Counted from the first letter of the stretch, positions 1 through 13,660 are shown. The stretch is DNA of 64,000 nt from Convolutriloba macropyga (GCF_964194025.1 NC_134475.1:11470001-11534000), one strand, 5' to 3'. Made by a program: numbers and translations. Notes: generated by a model not told the origin, from the sequence alone.

Positions 1-2263
1 ACGATTACGAAATAGGCATAGTAGCGGATACGATTTTGAAAACTGATCATTTTGCAACAATCACAGTTCTTAAATCTTTGATGCTAAAATCAAAAACAAC
101 AAAGAAAAAATTTGTTGACAAAAAAACTATTCAGCCATAGCATTCCAAAATTTAATTGAAAATTCAGACTGGAGACAATTTTACGGTGCAGTGACAGGAG
201 ATATGATGTTATTAGAATTTCAAAGAATTATTGAAACAGCATTAGCACTACATGCTCCAATTAAAGCCTGTTATATTAGAACAGAAAAACCAAAATTTTT
301 GCTTCAAGAAAAATGGCTATGTGAGGAAACAAAAAGACAGTTTTCAAGAAATAGCCATGATGAAACTAAAAACGATTTAACTCGTCAAAAAGAAAAAAAA
401 CTTCTTTCAAGTTTTATAGAGTTAAACAGTGAAAAAGCCAGATGGAAATTCAATCAAGATCTTCGTAATAAAGAAAAGACTCAAACAAGAATTCAATCTT
501 TATTAAACAGTTTTGGTGATAAGATAACAAAGCCCATGGAAATTTCAAATCTTCTAAATTGAAGATTTTCCACTCTAGGAGAACTCATTGGCTTGCAACA
601 AACAAACAACATTCCTCCTAAAACTGCTCCGAGAAAGTGTTTCAAGTTCCGATATATAACAACCAGGGAAACAAATGTGCTCATAGATTCATTGAATACA
701 AGTAAACCAATCGGTCCTTCAAAAATAACAGCTTGGGCAATAAAAAATGCTAAAGCAGCGCTAGCAATCACTATGTTATCTCATTAATCAGTTCATTACA
801 GAAGGAAAATTTCCAGAAGATCTTAAAAACGCTTGTGTAACTCCACTCTTCAAAAAAGGGAATCCCGAAGACCCACTCAATTATAGACCTATTTCTGTCA
901 CTTCTGCTTTGTCAAAAAATTTTTAAAAGGCGTTCAGTTCACAAATCACAAGTTTCCTAGAAAGGGTTCAATTATTGTCTGCTAGTCAATTTGGTTATAG
1001 AAAACAAATTTCAACAATTGATGCTATCCTGAAATCGACAGAACAAATAAGATTAGAACTCAACAAGAAAAAAAATGTTACAGGGTTGATTTTAGATCTT
1101 TCAAAGTCTTTTGATTCTATAAACCACAAAATACTGTTACGGAGACTTGAAAAAAAATAGGTTTTGACGAACACGCTACCAATTTAATAGAGAATTATTT
1201 GAGTGAAAGAACGCAGAGAGTTGTTCTGAATGGAATTAAATCAGATATTATCCATTCCTTTCAGTTGTTCTGAATGGAATGGATAAATTTGAAAAGAAGA
1301 GCTCCACAAGGTACTATTTTAGGACCTCTATTATTTAACATTTACGTCAACGGTTTAGCAAAGAATGTAGAAAAGGATTGCACGGTCGTACAGTACGCAG
1401 GCGACATTTTTCTTTTTACATCGGACACTGATGAAATATCGTCAAAAACAAAACTTGAACATAACATCTCAAAAATTATTGACTTTTTTGCTAAGTCCCA
1501 GTTAGTAGTGAACAAACAAAAAACAGAATATATTGTGTTCAGCACCAGGAAGAGGTTAACAAATACTGTTCTAAATGTCGAAAATGAAAGAATAGCAGAA
1601 TCCAATAGTGTGAAGTATCTTGCCGTAATTTTTGATAGCAAACTAAAATTTGATGGAGAAGTGAAAAAGATTCTTCAGAGAATGGCTTGTGGAAAAAAAG
1701 TTTCGAATACACTAAGTAAAAGTTTACCAGAGAAAACGAAAGTCTTATTATTTATTGCAATAGTAATAAGTCATCTACATTATTCCGCTCTAATTCTGAT
1801 ATAGTTGCAAAAGTCATTACTCACAACTTTAGAAAAACATCTGAATTGGGGAATAAAATCCATTTTTAATAGAAAATACGATCGGTCTACAGATCTCAAA
1901 CTTCGGAACAAAATACTACCAGTTTTTTTCTCTTGAAATACCATTGCTCAAAATATATTTTCTCGCTTACTCAGCAACGACCTTCCAGTATATAAAATTG
2001 AACCTCTCTCTGCCATGAGAATAAAACAACATGACAGGTCAAAAAAAGTAACGTTCGATATAAGAAAGAACAATAAGTTTTTAACTGATTCTTTTATTGC
2101 ACAAGCCATTCCAATTTATAATAGTCTGCCTTCTAATATTAGACTGAAAACAACATCGAAAGCTTCCTTAAACAGAGAACTGAAAGAATATTTTTGGAAA
2201 GAATTTTTGAAGGACCCAAAAGTAACTGATATAAAAGATGACATTGAGAGCGTTAGATTTTAA
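1..2263 (+). mobile_element. Degenerate CR1/L2-type non-LTR retrotransposon ORF2 (APE C-terminus plus reverse transcriptase); 5' part outside window; lies antisense within the ENaC intron
   Basis: TDH endonuclease end near nt 43. RT motifs across frameshifted ORFs: KKGNPEDPLNYRPISVTSALSK (~851-920), QFGYRK, LDLSKSFDSINH, PQGTILGPLLFNIYVN, YAGD (decayed YADD), VKYLAVIFDSKLKF. Confidence 0.9.
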
Positions 2264-2521
2264 TTTTACTTTTTAATCTTCATGATGTATATATAAAATT
2301 GTGAGAACATTTTATGCTCGCATTTTAGGCCATTTTTTAATAATGTAAGGTCAAATGTTTAGTTAAGTAATTTAATGATTTTATAATTTTACATAATGTT
2401 ATATTCTTAACTTTACATTGCCTCTTTTACCATTTGCTTTTTATACTTATGTGTACCAGAGGAAATTAACAATGTTCTTTTTTTAATTATCAGATGTTTT
2501 ACCTTTGGTACGTTATGCAGC

Positions 2522-3127
2522 CCCAGTTACAGAGCTCGTGTCATTAAAAAGTGAATCACTACCCGTGTCGAGGAATTTACATTTTCACTTGTAAGAAATT
2601 GTCATTTTTTTCATCTTTTTCCTTAGACAAAAACGATCAAAGTCCTTACATGGTAATAATCGTTTTCGTCGTTCCTCCGTCGGTAGTTCACTTGTAAAAA
2701 ATAAATTTGGTTCTAAATTTTGGCTGATACTGGGTGGGGGGCATTATATAAAAAATAGTGTTAGTATAGAACAAGTAATGTTCCTGTGTTTTTTAACGGT
2801 GATTGATTGAGCACCGCTCATGGTAAACAAAAAATTTTTGCATTGAAAAGAAGCGATGCGAGAAACGACGAAAAAACGATCAGAAAGAGTCGATTTCTTT
2901 CAAAAGAAGAAAGATGTAAGAAACGACAAAAAAAACGAAAAAAAAACAAGAATTAAAAACAATCACAAAGTCGATTTTTTACAAAATTAAACGACGTGAG
3001 AAACGGAAAAAAACGACAAAATACCATCATTTCTTACACGTAAAAGACGACGAAAACGAAGAGAACGACGAATAACGCCAGTAACGACGATTTCTTACAG
3101 TATTATTGTCGTTTTTTCATCGCTGGG
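2522..3127. mobile_element. Non-autonomous foldback/MITE-like element with AAACGAC-type subterminal repeats
   Basis: Many AAGAAACGACGAAAAAACG-like repeats and inverted copies; ends CTGGG at 3127. Left end ambiguous (CCCAG at 2522 or TA|CCCGTG at 2562). Resembles 59700-60078. Confidence 0.5.
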
Positions 3128-3247
3128 CTCAATGCGAGTATGTAAAAATATAGCATATGCGGTGGGCAGTGCTTATATTATGCACCCACTAAGCTGGGGG
3201 TACAAATGGAAAATATCCGAATTGCCTTTATGAACAAAAAATCTCAC

Positions 3248-3728
3248 CTGAAGTCGAACATTTATAAAACTCGCTTGCAGGGCAGGAATCACCAACATTG
3301 CTGTCGTTTAAACGTGTCCGCATCAAACTCAGTAGATAATTGTCAAGTAAAGCTATGTTGCGGTATCGTCTATCACGCAATACATACGATTTCCTCAGTG
3401 GGTTTATATTGCACACAGTTATTGCCGGAAAATCTATCTGCTTCCAGGTTAAAACATCAATATTGATATTTGTAGGATAACTAAAATAATCTTCAAACAG
3501 ATCGTAAGCCTGAAATAGTAAACAAAAAATGGCACCCAAGTAAATTACAGCCCAAATTGCTGCGGCTACTTTTCGTTTTTGCAGCACGTGTGGAGTCGTG
3601 GACTCGAGAAGGTGTTCGGCGGCTTTGATCAGCTCCTGTCTTGTTCCCAATCTGTTCATTTCGGGTGAATGCTTTTCACATAAATTTGAAGCCTGTTGTT
3701 TTTCCGAGGGCCTTAAACACGGGTCCAT
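3248..3728 (-). CDS. DEG/ENaC (amiloride-sensitive channel superfamily) subunit, 5' coding exon; remaining exons presumably left of the window
   Basis: TM1 (AIWAVIYLGAIFCLLFQAYDLFEDYFSYPT) followed by the signature FPAITVCNINP. Splice donor CAG|GTGAGA at 3248/3247 (phase 1). Confidence 0.92.
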
Positions 3729-4111
3729 TATCGCGTTATAATATTTGCAATTTAACCCGTTCTTTATAGCCTACCTATACTTACAAAGAGTTAAATTTAG
3801 GGTTTTATGGTTTAATCAAACATAGGTGAAGTTAGGGTTGTCTGTGAGAAAATTTATACCTGTTTGGGGATTTTGAAAGACTGGAGAATGCTAACATGTT
3901 CAGGTGAATGAAATTTCTGGCAGCAACTCAAAAATATCCCTATTAACTTTAAATTTGAGACAGCTTATCAATATGGAAGCAAAAACACGCAGGACTCATT
4001 TTAAAAACAATCACTATTCCACCCTTTAAATTAAAGTTCCATTTTATGGAAATGTTTGAAACGGTTGCAATTCGAAAATGAAAGCTTTGTAAACCAGCAG
4101 TCGAGAGTAAG

Positions 4112-4491
4112 GGTGCTAGGAAAATTGGCCGACAGGGCGTTTAGCCGACAAGGAAAAAATGAGAAATTTAGCCGACAGTTTTATCATAATTGGTAATAAA
4201 AGTCCATAATTGGTCCATAAATCAGTAGTTCGGTTGTGATAGATTCATATCAAGTCCCACGGGCCGCTGAGGCATGGCCATGGTAAAATACGGTGCGAGC
4301 ATGGATAGACGTTCGTTACACTACTTGATGAAAAAACTGCGGTATATATGTCCGCTTACGAAATAGTGTTTTAAATTGGCCAATCACAGCTTTAGAATAA
4401 GCTTTATTGCTCATATTACTTAAGTTGTCGGTTAAATTTCTCATTATTTGGTTGTCGGCTAAACGCCCTGTCGGCCAATACGGCGGCCACC
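4112..4491. mobile_element. Mutator (MULE)-like MITE
   Basis: GGTG...CACC ends, long imperfect TIRs (TTGGCCGACAGGGCGTTTAGCCGACAA and its reverse complement), perfect 9-bp TSD GAGAGTAAG (4103-4111, 4492-4500). Confidence 0.85.
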
Positions 4492-4614
4492 GAGAGTAAG
4501 CTAAAAGGGAATTGGGCTTTTAATCCACTGCACCTAAAGAACTGCAAACTTTTAGGGTGCCCGGATATTAAAGTCACCGCTAGCTCATTGATCACTAGTT
4601 GATATTGTTAATAG

Positions 4615-4928
4615 GGTGAACGCAAAGTAAGCCGAAGTAAAAGTAAGCCGACATAAAAGCAAGCCGAAAGTTATGTAATAGTTATGTAATCTATCAGAAA
4701 TAGCACATTGTTAACCGCTAACTGCGCCAAAGAAATAAAAATAGGTCAATTTTTAGACATCTAGTGGGTACGAGCCTCAGCGGACCGCTGTCCATGGCCA
4801 TGCCTCTCATCCGCTGTGGGATGTAATCCGGAAACCGCGGGCGGTTATCGCGGCGAAAATTTGTCGGCTTACTTGTCCTCATTTTCAAAATTCGGCTTGC
4901 TTGCCTATCGGCTTGCTAGACCGCCACC
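4615..4928. mobile_element. Mutator (MULE)-like MITE, second family
   Basis: GGTG...CACC ends, AAGCCGA/TCGGCTT subterminal repeats, perfect 9-bp TSD TGTTAATAG (4606-4614, 4929-4937). Confidence 0.85.
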
Positions 4929-7820
4929 TGTTAATAGATAGCTCGTCTTAACCAACACAGCTACATTTGAACTGAAACAAAACAACAAAACGGGAGTTAC
5001 CATATTCATAAAATTCAAATTTTTCCTTCATTTTAAGGGCACAAATTTGCTGTCCGGTCATTTACACCAACGTGACCTGAAGTTAAATGTACCGTCTATT
5101 AAATGCATGTATTTCAAATTTATATAGGCTACTTCGAAAAAACAGATATTTGAGTCTGTAAGCTCTAAGTATTCTTGTCAAATATTGAGAATTGAGAATT
5201 GGATATTGACGAGACTGCTCGGGAGCACCCAGCTTTTCATTAAAAGAAACCAAAAATTCCTAAATATGACCTAAAACGACAACAGAAATGGCAAAAACCG
5301 ATACTTTTTAAGTGACTTTTTAAGTAGATAGTTTGCAACGCGATAACGTTGCAAACTATCTACTTAAAAAGTCACTAAAAGTATGTAATTCATCAATACA
5401 GAAACATTTGGACCCGTCCTTAAAGAGACTAGGCGACTTGACAAGATGGAAAACAAAAAAAAAAACACGGGAAAAACTCCAAAAAGAACTTTTTCGCATA
5501 ATAGGTCAAGTAAATTCTCAAATTCCTTTTGACGGATATTGAAAATTGTTTTTTGAATTAAAACTTACTATAAAAAACTTATTTTGGGAACGCAGGTATA
5601 AGCTTCAATAATAGTTGCTAAGATTTGGTGAAGAATTTTGCGAACGCAGAAGTCAAACTGCCGCACCTGAAAACAAACTCTCAATAAAATTTTGTTCACG
5701 AAAAAAATTATCACTTGAAAAAATCTTGCTTTGGGATTCCTTGCGTGTTACTTTCATTGGCTACAACAAAATATTAAAACCACCAACCCAGTTCCAAGTA
5801 CATTAAAAAACAATCAAAAGCACGGGATTTTTGCGGAAATGACCATCGGAAGATCAAAAACTGCTGTGGGATGTAATCCGGAAACCGCGGGCGGTTATCG
5901 CGGCGAAAATTTGTCGGCTTACTTGTCCTCATTTTCAAAATTCGGCTTGCTTGCCTATCGGCTTGCTAGACCGCCACCTGTTAATAGATAGCTCGTCTTA
6001 ACCAACACAGCTACATTTGAACTGAAACAAAACAACAAAACGGGAGTTACCATATTCATAAAATTCAAATTTTTCCTTCATTTTAAGGGCACAAGTTTGC
6101 TGTCCGGTCATTTACACCAACGTGACCTGAAGTTAAATGTACCGTCTATTAAATGCATGTATTTCAAATTTATATAGGCTACTTCGAAAAAACAGATATT
6201 TGAGTCTGTAAGCTCTAAGTATTCTTGTCAAATATTGAGAATTGAGAATTGGATATTGACGAGACTGCTCGGGAGCACCCAGCTTTTCATTAAAAGAAAG
6301 CAAAAATTCCTAAATATGACCTAAAACGACAACAGAAATGGCAAAAACCTGAGCTTGAATTAATTTTTTTTTGATAATTACAAGAGTAATAAACAACCTT
6401 TTAAATATCATTCCGTAGTTAATTTTTGTCATTCAAAAAAAAAGCACAGCCCATGTTTTAAGTTAAGAGACGTAAGTGAGTCAGGGATCTTATAAAATAT
6501 GAAATCTTAATTCAAATTACTTTGGAACTGAAAATATTGGTCAGTTGTCTCCAGTTTTATCGTAATTTTAATCTTCAAAAATAGTCAAAGTGTTTAACAC
6601 GCACAGAAGTGGTACCCCTCACTCAGACCCCCCAAAAATTCGATATACTGAAAATGATGGACAATAATCACTAACAGATAAAATTGACAAAAGATATGGA
6701 AAATTTTTCGGCTTCTGCTCGATTCACCCCACCCCATGCTTGCTGGGCTCAAATTGTTTGAGCCCACGCTTCGGTGCACCAAATTTTTCTCCGGTCGCAA
6801 AATATTGTAAAAGATTAACAGAGCTTAGTTTTGACAGCCCCAATAAATTACAATACATATAAAAAAACAATCCTATAAATCCTTAACTTGTCATCAATGA
6901 AATTTTAAGAAATGAAAAAATTTGAAAACCAACGTTTTTTTTAAACCAGTTATTTTCATTTTCGGAAAACTTTAACTATCAAATAGAAATATTCAAGAAG
7001 TTTTCCCAGTTCTACAGAGTGGGGATTGTATTTTATTAACGCTCTTAGGACATTAAGAAGACAACAAATGCGGGAAAAATTCCATCTCAATAACTTTTTG
7101 ATATATAAAAATAGAGCAAACATCATTCGAAAAAAAAACTAACATCTCAGAATTTATAGAATAAATATCTCTGCTTCTTTTGCAGCAAACAATAGTTGTA
7201 ATGAGGCAAAATGAAATTTAAAAAAGATAAATAATATGGAAACAACAATTTTTTCAAAAAAATCTGTAAAATTGTAACAACACAACTTATAGTTACGGCG
7301 ATAACGTTGCAAACTATCTACTTAAAAAGTCACTAAAAGTATGTAATTCATCAATACAGAAACATTTGGACCCGTCGTTAAAGAGACTAGGCGACTTGAC
7401 AAGATGGAAAACAAAAAAAAACACGGGAAAAACTCCAAAAAGAACTTTTTCGCATAATAGGTCAAGTAAATTCTCAAATTCCTTTTGACGGATATTGAAA
7501 ATTGTTTTTTGAATTAAAACTTACTATAAAAAACTTATTTTGGGAACGCAGGTATAAACTTCAATAATAGTTGCTAAGATTTGGTGAAGAATATTGCGAA
7601 CGCAGAAGTCAAACTGCCGCACCTGAAAACAAACTCTCAATAAAATTTTGTTCACGAAAAAAATTATCACTTGAAAAAATCTTGCTTTGGGATTCCTTGC
7701 GTGTTACTTGCATTGGCTACAACAAAATATTAAAACCACCAACCCAGTTCCAAGTACATTAAAAAACAATCAAAAGCACGGGATTTTTGCGGAAATGACC
7801 ATCGGAAGATCAATAACTGC
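4813..7820. repeat. Complex local duplication A-inv-B-A-C-B
   Basis: A = 4813-5299 and 5863-6349; B = 5340-5864 and 7298-7820, both near-identical pairs. 5301-5340 is an inverted copy of the start of B. Confidence 0.9.
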
Positions 7821-10800
7821 CCGGCTATTGGCTTCGCGACAATTAAAAATTTAATATAAATTGTTCACTAACAAAAAAGTTCAATGGTTTGCGTTTCCAC
7901 TTGAAATTCCGACCCCAATCATGTAGATTTTTGCATTATGTGTGTACCAAATGAGGAACAGATAGAAAACCGCAAAAATTCTAGTAATAATTAAAAATAT
8001 TGGTGTATGAACAAAAATAAAAGAACAACGCAATTACTTTAAAGTAGTACGAACAAACTGCATTGAGTTGATGAGATCTATCATTATTAAGAAAGTGAGG
8101 CAAGACGAATAAGAAAATCAGACAACAACCACAAACTAAAATCAATCATAGTAACTTGTATTTCACCAGAAAAGATATAGGACAAGGTAATAGGATTTGG
8201 TTACAATTAGACAAAACAGGACAAAATCATCAAATTTTTTAGATTCCCTCATAACATGAAAAACAATTCAATTCATAGTAATGAAAACCATTTTATATCA
8301 ACTGAAAACATCTAAACATTTTATCGTCACGGTTGTCTATATATGAAAGGATTAGGATCTGCCGTTATCCAGTTTTTCATGCGTTTACCAAAACAAAACA
8401 AACAGAGACAACAAAGACTCAATGAAAATTTTCGTGAAAAAACTGTCGAAACCATAGAGCCGTATTTTGCCGCGCGTAAAAATACGTTCAATTGCACAAT
8501 TTTTGAATGTAAATCATGTGTTATGTGACCCCTCATTAGCTGATCATCGGTAAAAAAAGTGGGCGAAAAAGAGAAAATTGATAAACAATTAAGAAAAATA
8601 TCTCTTTTTCGAAAATAATTATTTTCAGAGTCATGAATGCCCTTAGATACAAAATGAAAATGTTAAGCAGGGTCTTTTATTTGTCCAAAAAAGCCTCTTA
8701 AACCTGCAATTTTTCAGAAAATGTCTTAAAGAGTTCTTTAAAATCAAACTTTAGAGACCAACGCCTGTTCTTGACGCCAACATTGCCATATGTGACCTGT
8801 AATGAACGAGACTAGGGGACAAACACAGAACGAAAAAATGCGAATTTAAAAAGATTTTTTTTTAAAAAAAAACTGTTGTTTTCAAAAGCATGAAAGCCAT
8901 CACCTATCTGCTCAATTCAGGGTTTAAGCTAGTCTAATCGTCAAAAAAACCAATCAGACTTGTTGCTTATCCCAGGAATTTCATACGATTAAAAGACAAT
9001 TGAAAACGACAGTTCAAGACAAAAGTAAAAAAAAGACAATTGAATTCTTCGAGAAAGTGTGGAAGTAGTTTAAACCATAATCTTTAACTTTAAAGCCTTT
9101 TGGTATGTTCAATTGTGCCTTATTTTGAACGCCAGTAATGTGATGTGTGAACTTTCAATAATGTTATAATGCGAAAAAACAAGAAAAAGGAGTGAAAAAG
9201 CGCAAATGCCTAAGAATAAAAAAAATAAAATCTTGTAGTATTAAAGCCAGAAAACCATAACGCAAAGCGTAAATTCGCTACAGAGACTAAATTTTAATAA
9301 TTGGAAAAAAGGAGTCTATTTTTACTGACACTAAGCTACAAGTTGACCAATTTAAGAGAAAAATATTGGCAAAGTTCAAAAAGCATGGTTTATTCGAAAA
9401 TCAAATTCTTAAAAAAAGTCAAAATTACAACAAATTTATGTGTAAAAAACTAGAAATATTTACTTAGAACTGCTTATGAAGCTGACTGAACCTATCACCA
9501 GTGAGCTTTGCTTTTGCTGTTTCTCCATTAGGGACAGTTAATTCTTTCCAATCTTAAAGATATAGCTAAATTGCAAGTAAACAATTCAAAAATAAATGCT
9601 GCCGTCTTGATAATCATCAGGAAAAAATCGCAAAACTGCAAAATTTTATCTCCAGAGCACTCTCCAAATTGCGTTAGGGGTTTTTCTGCGTGTACTTCCG
9701 GCATATTTTTTATCAGAGTGGACCAAAGAAGATTATTTTTTTCAATTCTTGATGAAAAAAGGCTGAATTTTGAAAAACTAAGACAAAACTTCAGCCAAAA
9801 AAATATCTGAAAATCAAATCAGCAGCACTACTATTAATAATTTTTGTCATATTTTAGCGCAATTGAATAACTTTTAGGCAAAACATTGGTAAAATGTGAA
9901 AAAAATTAACTCAAATTTGTCAAATGTTCAAAAAAATAAAAACATCAATGACGCACTCGAGAAAACATTGTCAAAAAAATTTCTTAGCTCCATGTTCTAC
10001 GCTGCATGGGTCTTTTAAGGATACACACCACTCACAATTCTATGATGAATATATCGATCGGTCACAATTGACAGAACAAAAAAGCCTGTTTGACTACATA
10101 GTCCCCTCCCCCCTCGAGAGGGGTCGGAACAGTGATGAGCCAGTTAATCATTAAGCTGTGAAATATTTCGTTTATTTGGTTTGAGAGATTAACTTCCAGT
10201 TTTCTCAAAAAACAAGATAAAGAAATGCTGGTGAAGCTATATGTGCGCGCGTTCTAAGAGCACCACTGTTCAATGTTTGTTGAAAAAATCTTTGGGTGAA
10301 TGAGCAATAAGGTTTTGTATTTACGAGTTAAATATATCTTTGGGAATAGCTAAAAATTATTTGGACGGAACCGGGTTTGTAACACGGATATAAGTGGTAC
10401 CCCGCACTCTGACCCCCAAAAAATCGATAAACTGAAAATGATGGGCAAAAATTATTAACAGATTTGTTTTGTGGCTAATAAAAACTGGGTGAGGTTTATG
10501 CATAGGTAACAAAATGTTAGCTAAAATTAACAAAAAATAATAAAACTTTATTGGTTTTGCTCGATTCACCCCACCCCATGGTTGCAGGGCTCAATTTGTT
10601 TGAGCCCACGCTTCGGTGTGCAAAAAATTTTTCTCCGGTCGCATAATATTGTAAATAATTAACAGAGCTTAGTTTTGACAGCTCCAATAAATTACGATAC
10701 ATATGAAAATACAATCCTATAATTCGATAACTTAACTAGTCATCAATGAAATTTTAAGAACTGAAAAAAATTTAAAAACCAACGTTTTTTTTAAACCAGT

Positions 10801-13660
10801 TATTTTCATTTTCGGAAAACTTTAACTATCAAATAGAAACATTCAAGAAGTTTTTCCAGTTCTACAGAGTGGGGATTGTAATTTATTAACGCTCTTAGGA
10901 CATTAAGAAGACAACAAATACGGGAAAAATTCCATCTCAATAACTTTTTGATATATAAAAATATAGCAAACATCATTCGAAAAAATAACTAACATCTCAC
11001 AATTTATAGAATAAATGCCTCTGCTTCTTTTGCAGCAAACAATAGTTGTAATGAGGCAAAATGAAATTTAAAAAAAGATAAATAATATGGAAACAACAAT
11101 TTTTTCAAATAAGTCTGTAAATTTGTAACAACACAGTTATAGTCACGGCGATAACGTTGCTTTAAAAAATAAAAAGCACAGGATTGTTGAGGAAACGACT
11201 ATTGGAAGATCAAATACTATCCTGCTATTAGCTTTGGTTTCGCGACAGTTAATAATTGTATTTGATTTTTTCCTTTATAAAAGAGTTTAATGATTTGCGT
11301 TTCCAATAGAATTTCGACCGCGATCATCGAGGTTTTTGGAAAATGTGTCTACCAATTGAGGAACAGATAGAAAACCCCCAAAAACTTTAGTAAAGTTTTA
11401 AAATATTGGTGTATGAACTATTATGAAAAATAAACTAACAATGCAAATACTTTAGAGGAGTACGATCAGATAAGAAAAGAAATAGGAACAGTCAATAATA
11501 AGGCTCGGTTACATTTAGAGAAAACAGGACAAAAACAGCAAATTTAATAGAATCGCTCATAACATTAAAAACAATTAATTTCACGGTCAGGAAAACCATT
11601 ATATATCAACTAAAAATGTGCAAACATTTTATCATCACCGAGGTCTATATATGAAGGGCTTAAGACCTGTCGTTATCTAGTTTTTCATGCGGTTATCAAA
11701 AAAGAACAAAAAGAGACAATAAACAAAGATTCAAAGAAAATTTGAGAAAAAAAGGACGTCAAAATATGTTCAGTTGCGTTTTTTTGAACACAAATTATGT
11801 GTTATGTGACCTCTCATTAACTAATCATCGGTAAAAAGTAGGCAAAAAAATTGGAAAAAATTTAAAAAAATCTTTTGAATTTTTAGGAAACAATTATTTC
11901 CCAGGTCCTGAAAGCCCTTAGGTACAAAAAACTTAAATAAGCTGTTTTATTCGTCCAACAAGCCTTTGAGACCTGAACTAGTTCAGAGTATGTCTTACGC
12001 TAACAAGGAGAACGACAAAAATCAAAAATTAATTTGTTTTCTGCTAAACCCCGTGTCGAAACCAGTAAAGTCATAAAGAATTCCTTAAAATCAAATTTTA
12101 AAGACTTCCGCCTGCTCCTAACATCAATATTGTCATATGTGACCTGTATTGAACACGAATAGGTGACAGTTACACAACAGAGGAACAGAAAAATGCGGAA
12201 TAAAAAGATTTTTTTAAAAAACAGTTGTTTTCAAAGTCATGAAAGCCATCTGCTATCTACTCATTTCAGAATATAAACTAGTCTATTCTTCAATAAAATA
12301 AAAAATCCGACCAGTCGCTCTCCAAATGAATTTCATACGACTGAAAGACAAAGTGGAAACGACAGTTCAAGACAAAAGTAAAGAAAACAATTAAATTTTC
12401 CGAGAAACTGTCGAAGTCGTTAAAACCATAATCTTTAATTTTATTGACTTTGGTATTTTCAATTGAGCCTCATTATGAACGGCTAGTTATGTGTTATGTC
12501 AACTGTCACATGATAATTTCTGGTATTATAAAAGCCAGAAAACCATAACTTAAAGCGTAAGTGCGAAATTGAGATTAAATTTTAATTCGTTTCAAAGAAG
12601 CATTCTGTCTTTGCTGGCACTAAGCTGCAACGTGACCAAACTAAGAGAAAAGTATAGGAGAAAGTCAAAAAACATTGTTTATTTGAAAATCAAATTGTTT
12701 TAAAAGTCAAAATTACCAAAAGCTTTCGAGTGAAAAACTGGTTGTATTAATTCGGAAGTGCTTAGGAAGCCGATTGGACCTATCACCAGTGAGCCCTGCT
12801 TTTGCTGTTTCTCCATTAGGTACACCTAAATGTTTCCAATGGTAAAGATATAGCTAATTTGTTAAAAAACAACTCAAAAAGAAATGCTGCGTTCTTGATA
12901 ATAATAAAAAAAAAAGTTAGCAAAAATTGCAAAACTTTATCTCCATAGCACTCTTAAAAATGCGTAAATGGTTTTTGGGTGTGTACTTCCGGCATATTTT
13001 TTATCAAAGTGGACCAAAAAAGATTATATCGTTCAATTTTTGATGAAAAAGGCTGAATGAAGTTTGAAATTTTAGACTATAAATTAAATCAAAATGTTCA
13101 ACAATAATTTTGCTTTTGAAAATCAAATCGGCATCACCACTATTTATAAATTTTACATATTTTAGCTCAACTGATATATTTTTTGACGAAAATGTAAATA
13201 AATTTAACGCAAATTTGTCAAACATTCACAAAAACATAAACATCATTAACTCAATCTAGAAAACGTTGTCAAAAAATTTTCTTAATTCCATATTTTACGC
13301 TGCATGGGCTTTTTAATGATACATACCACTCACAACTCTACGATGAATATATCGATCAATCAAAATTGACACAACAAAAAATCCTATTTGAGTATATAAT
13401 CCCCCCCTCCCCCCCTCCCCCCCCCCCCTCGAGAGGGTCAGAACGATAATGAGCTAATTAAATATTAAGCTGTTAAATTTTTCTTTTATTTGGTTTGAGA
13501 GACCAACTACCAGTTTTTTCAAAGCAAAAGACAGTGAAATGCCGTTGAAGCTGTATGTGCGGCGTTCTAACGAGCACCACTGTTTAATGTTTGTTAAAAA
13601 AAATTGAGTGAATGAGCAAGAAGGTTTTGAATTTACGAGTTAAATATATCTGTGGGAATA
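6560..13660 (+). repeat. Two diverged tandem copies of a ~3.3-3.8 kb non-coding repeat (approx. 6560-10350 and 10360-13660)
   Basis: Collinear anchors: AAGTGGTACCCC (6607/10392), TGAGGAACAGATAGAAAAC (7952/11357), TACTTCCGGCATATTTTTTATCA (9693/12984), TTACGAGTTAAATATATCT (10321/13633). Confidence 0.85.
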
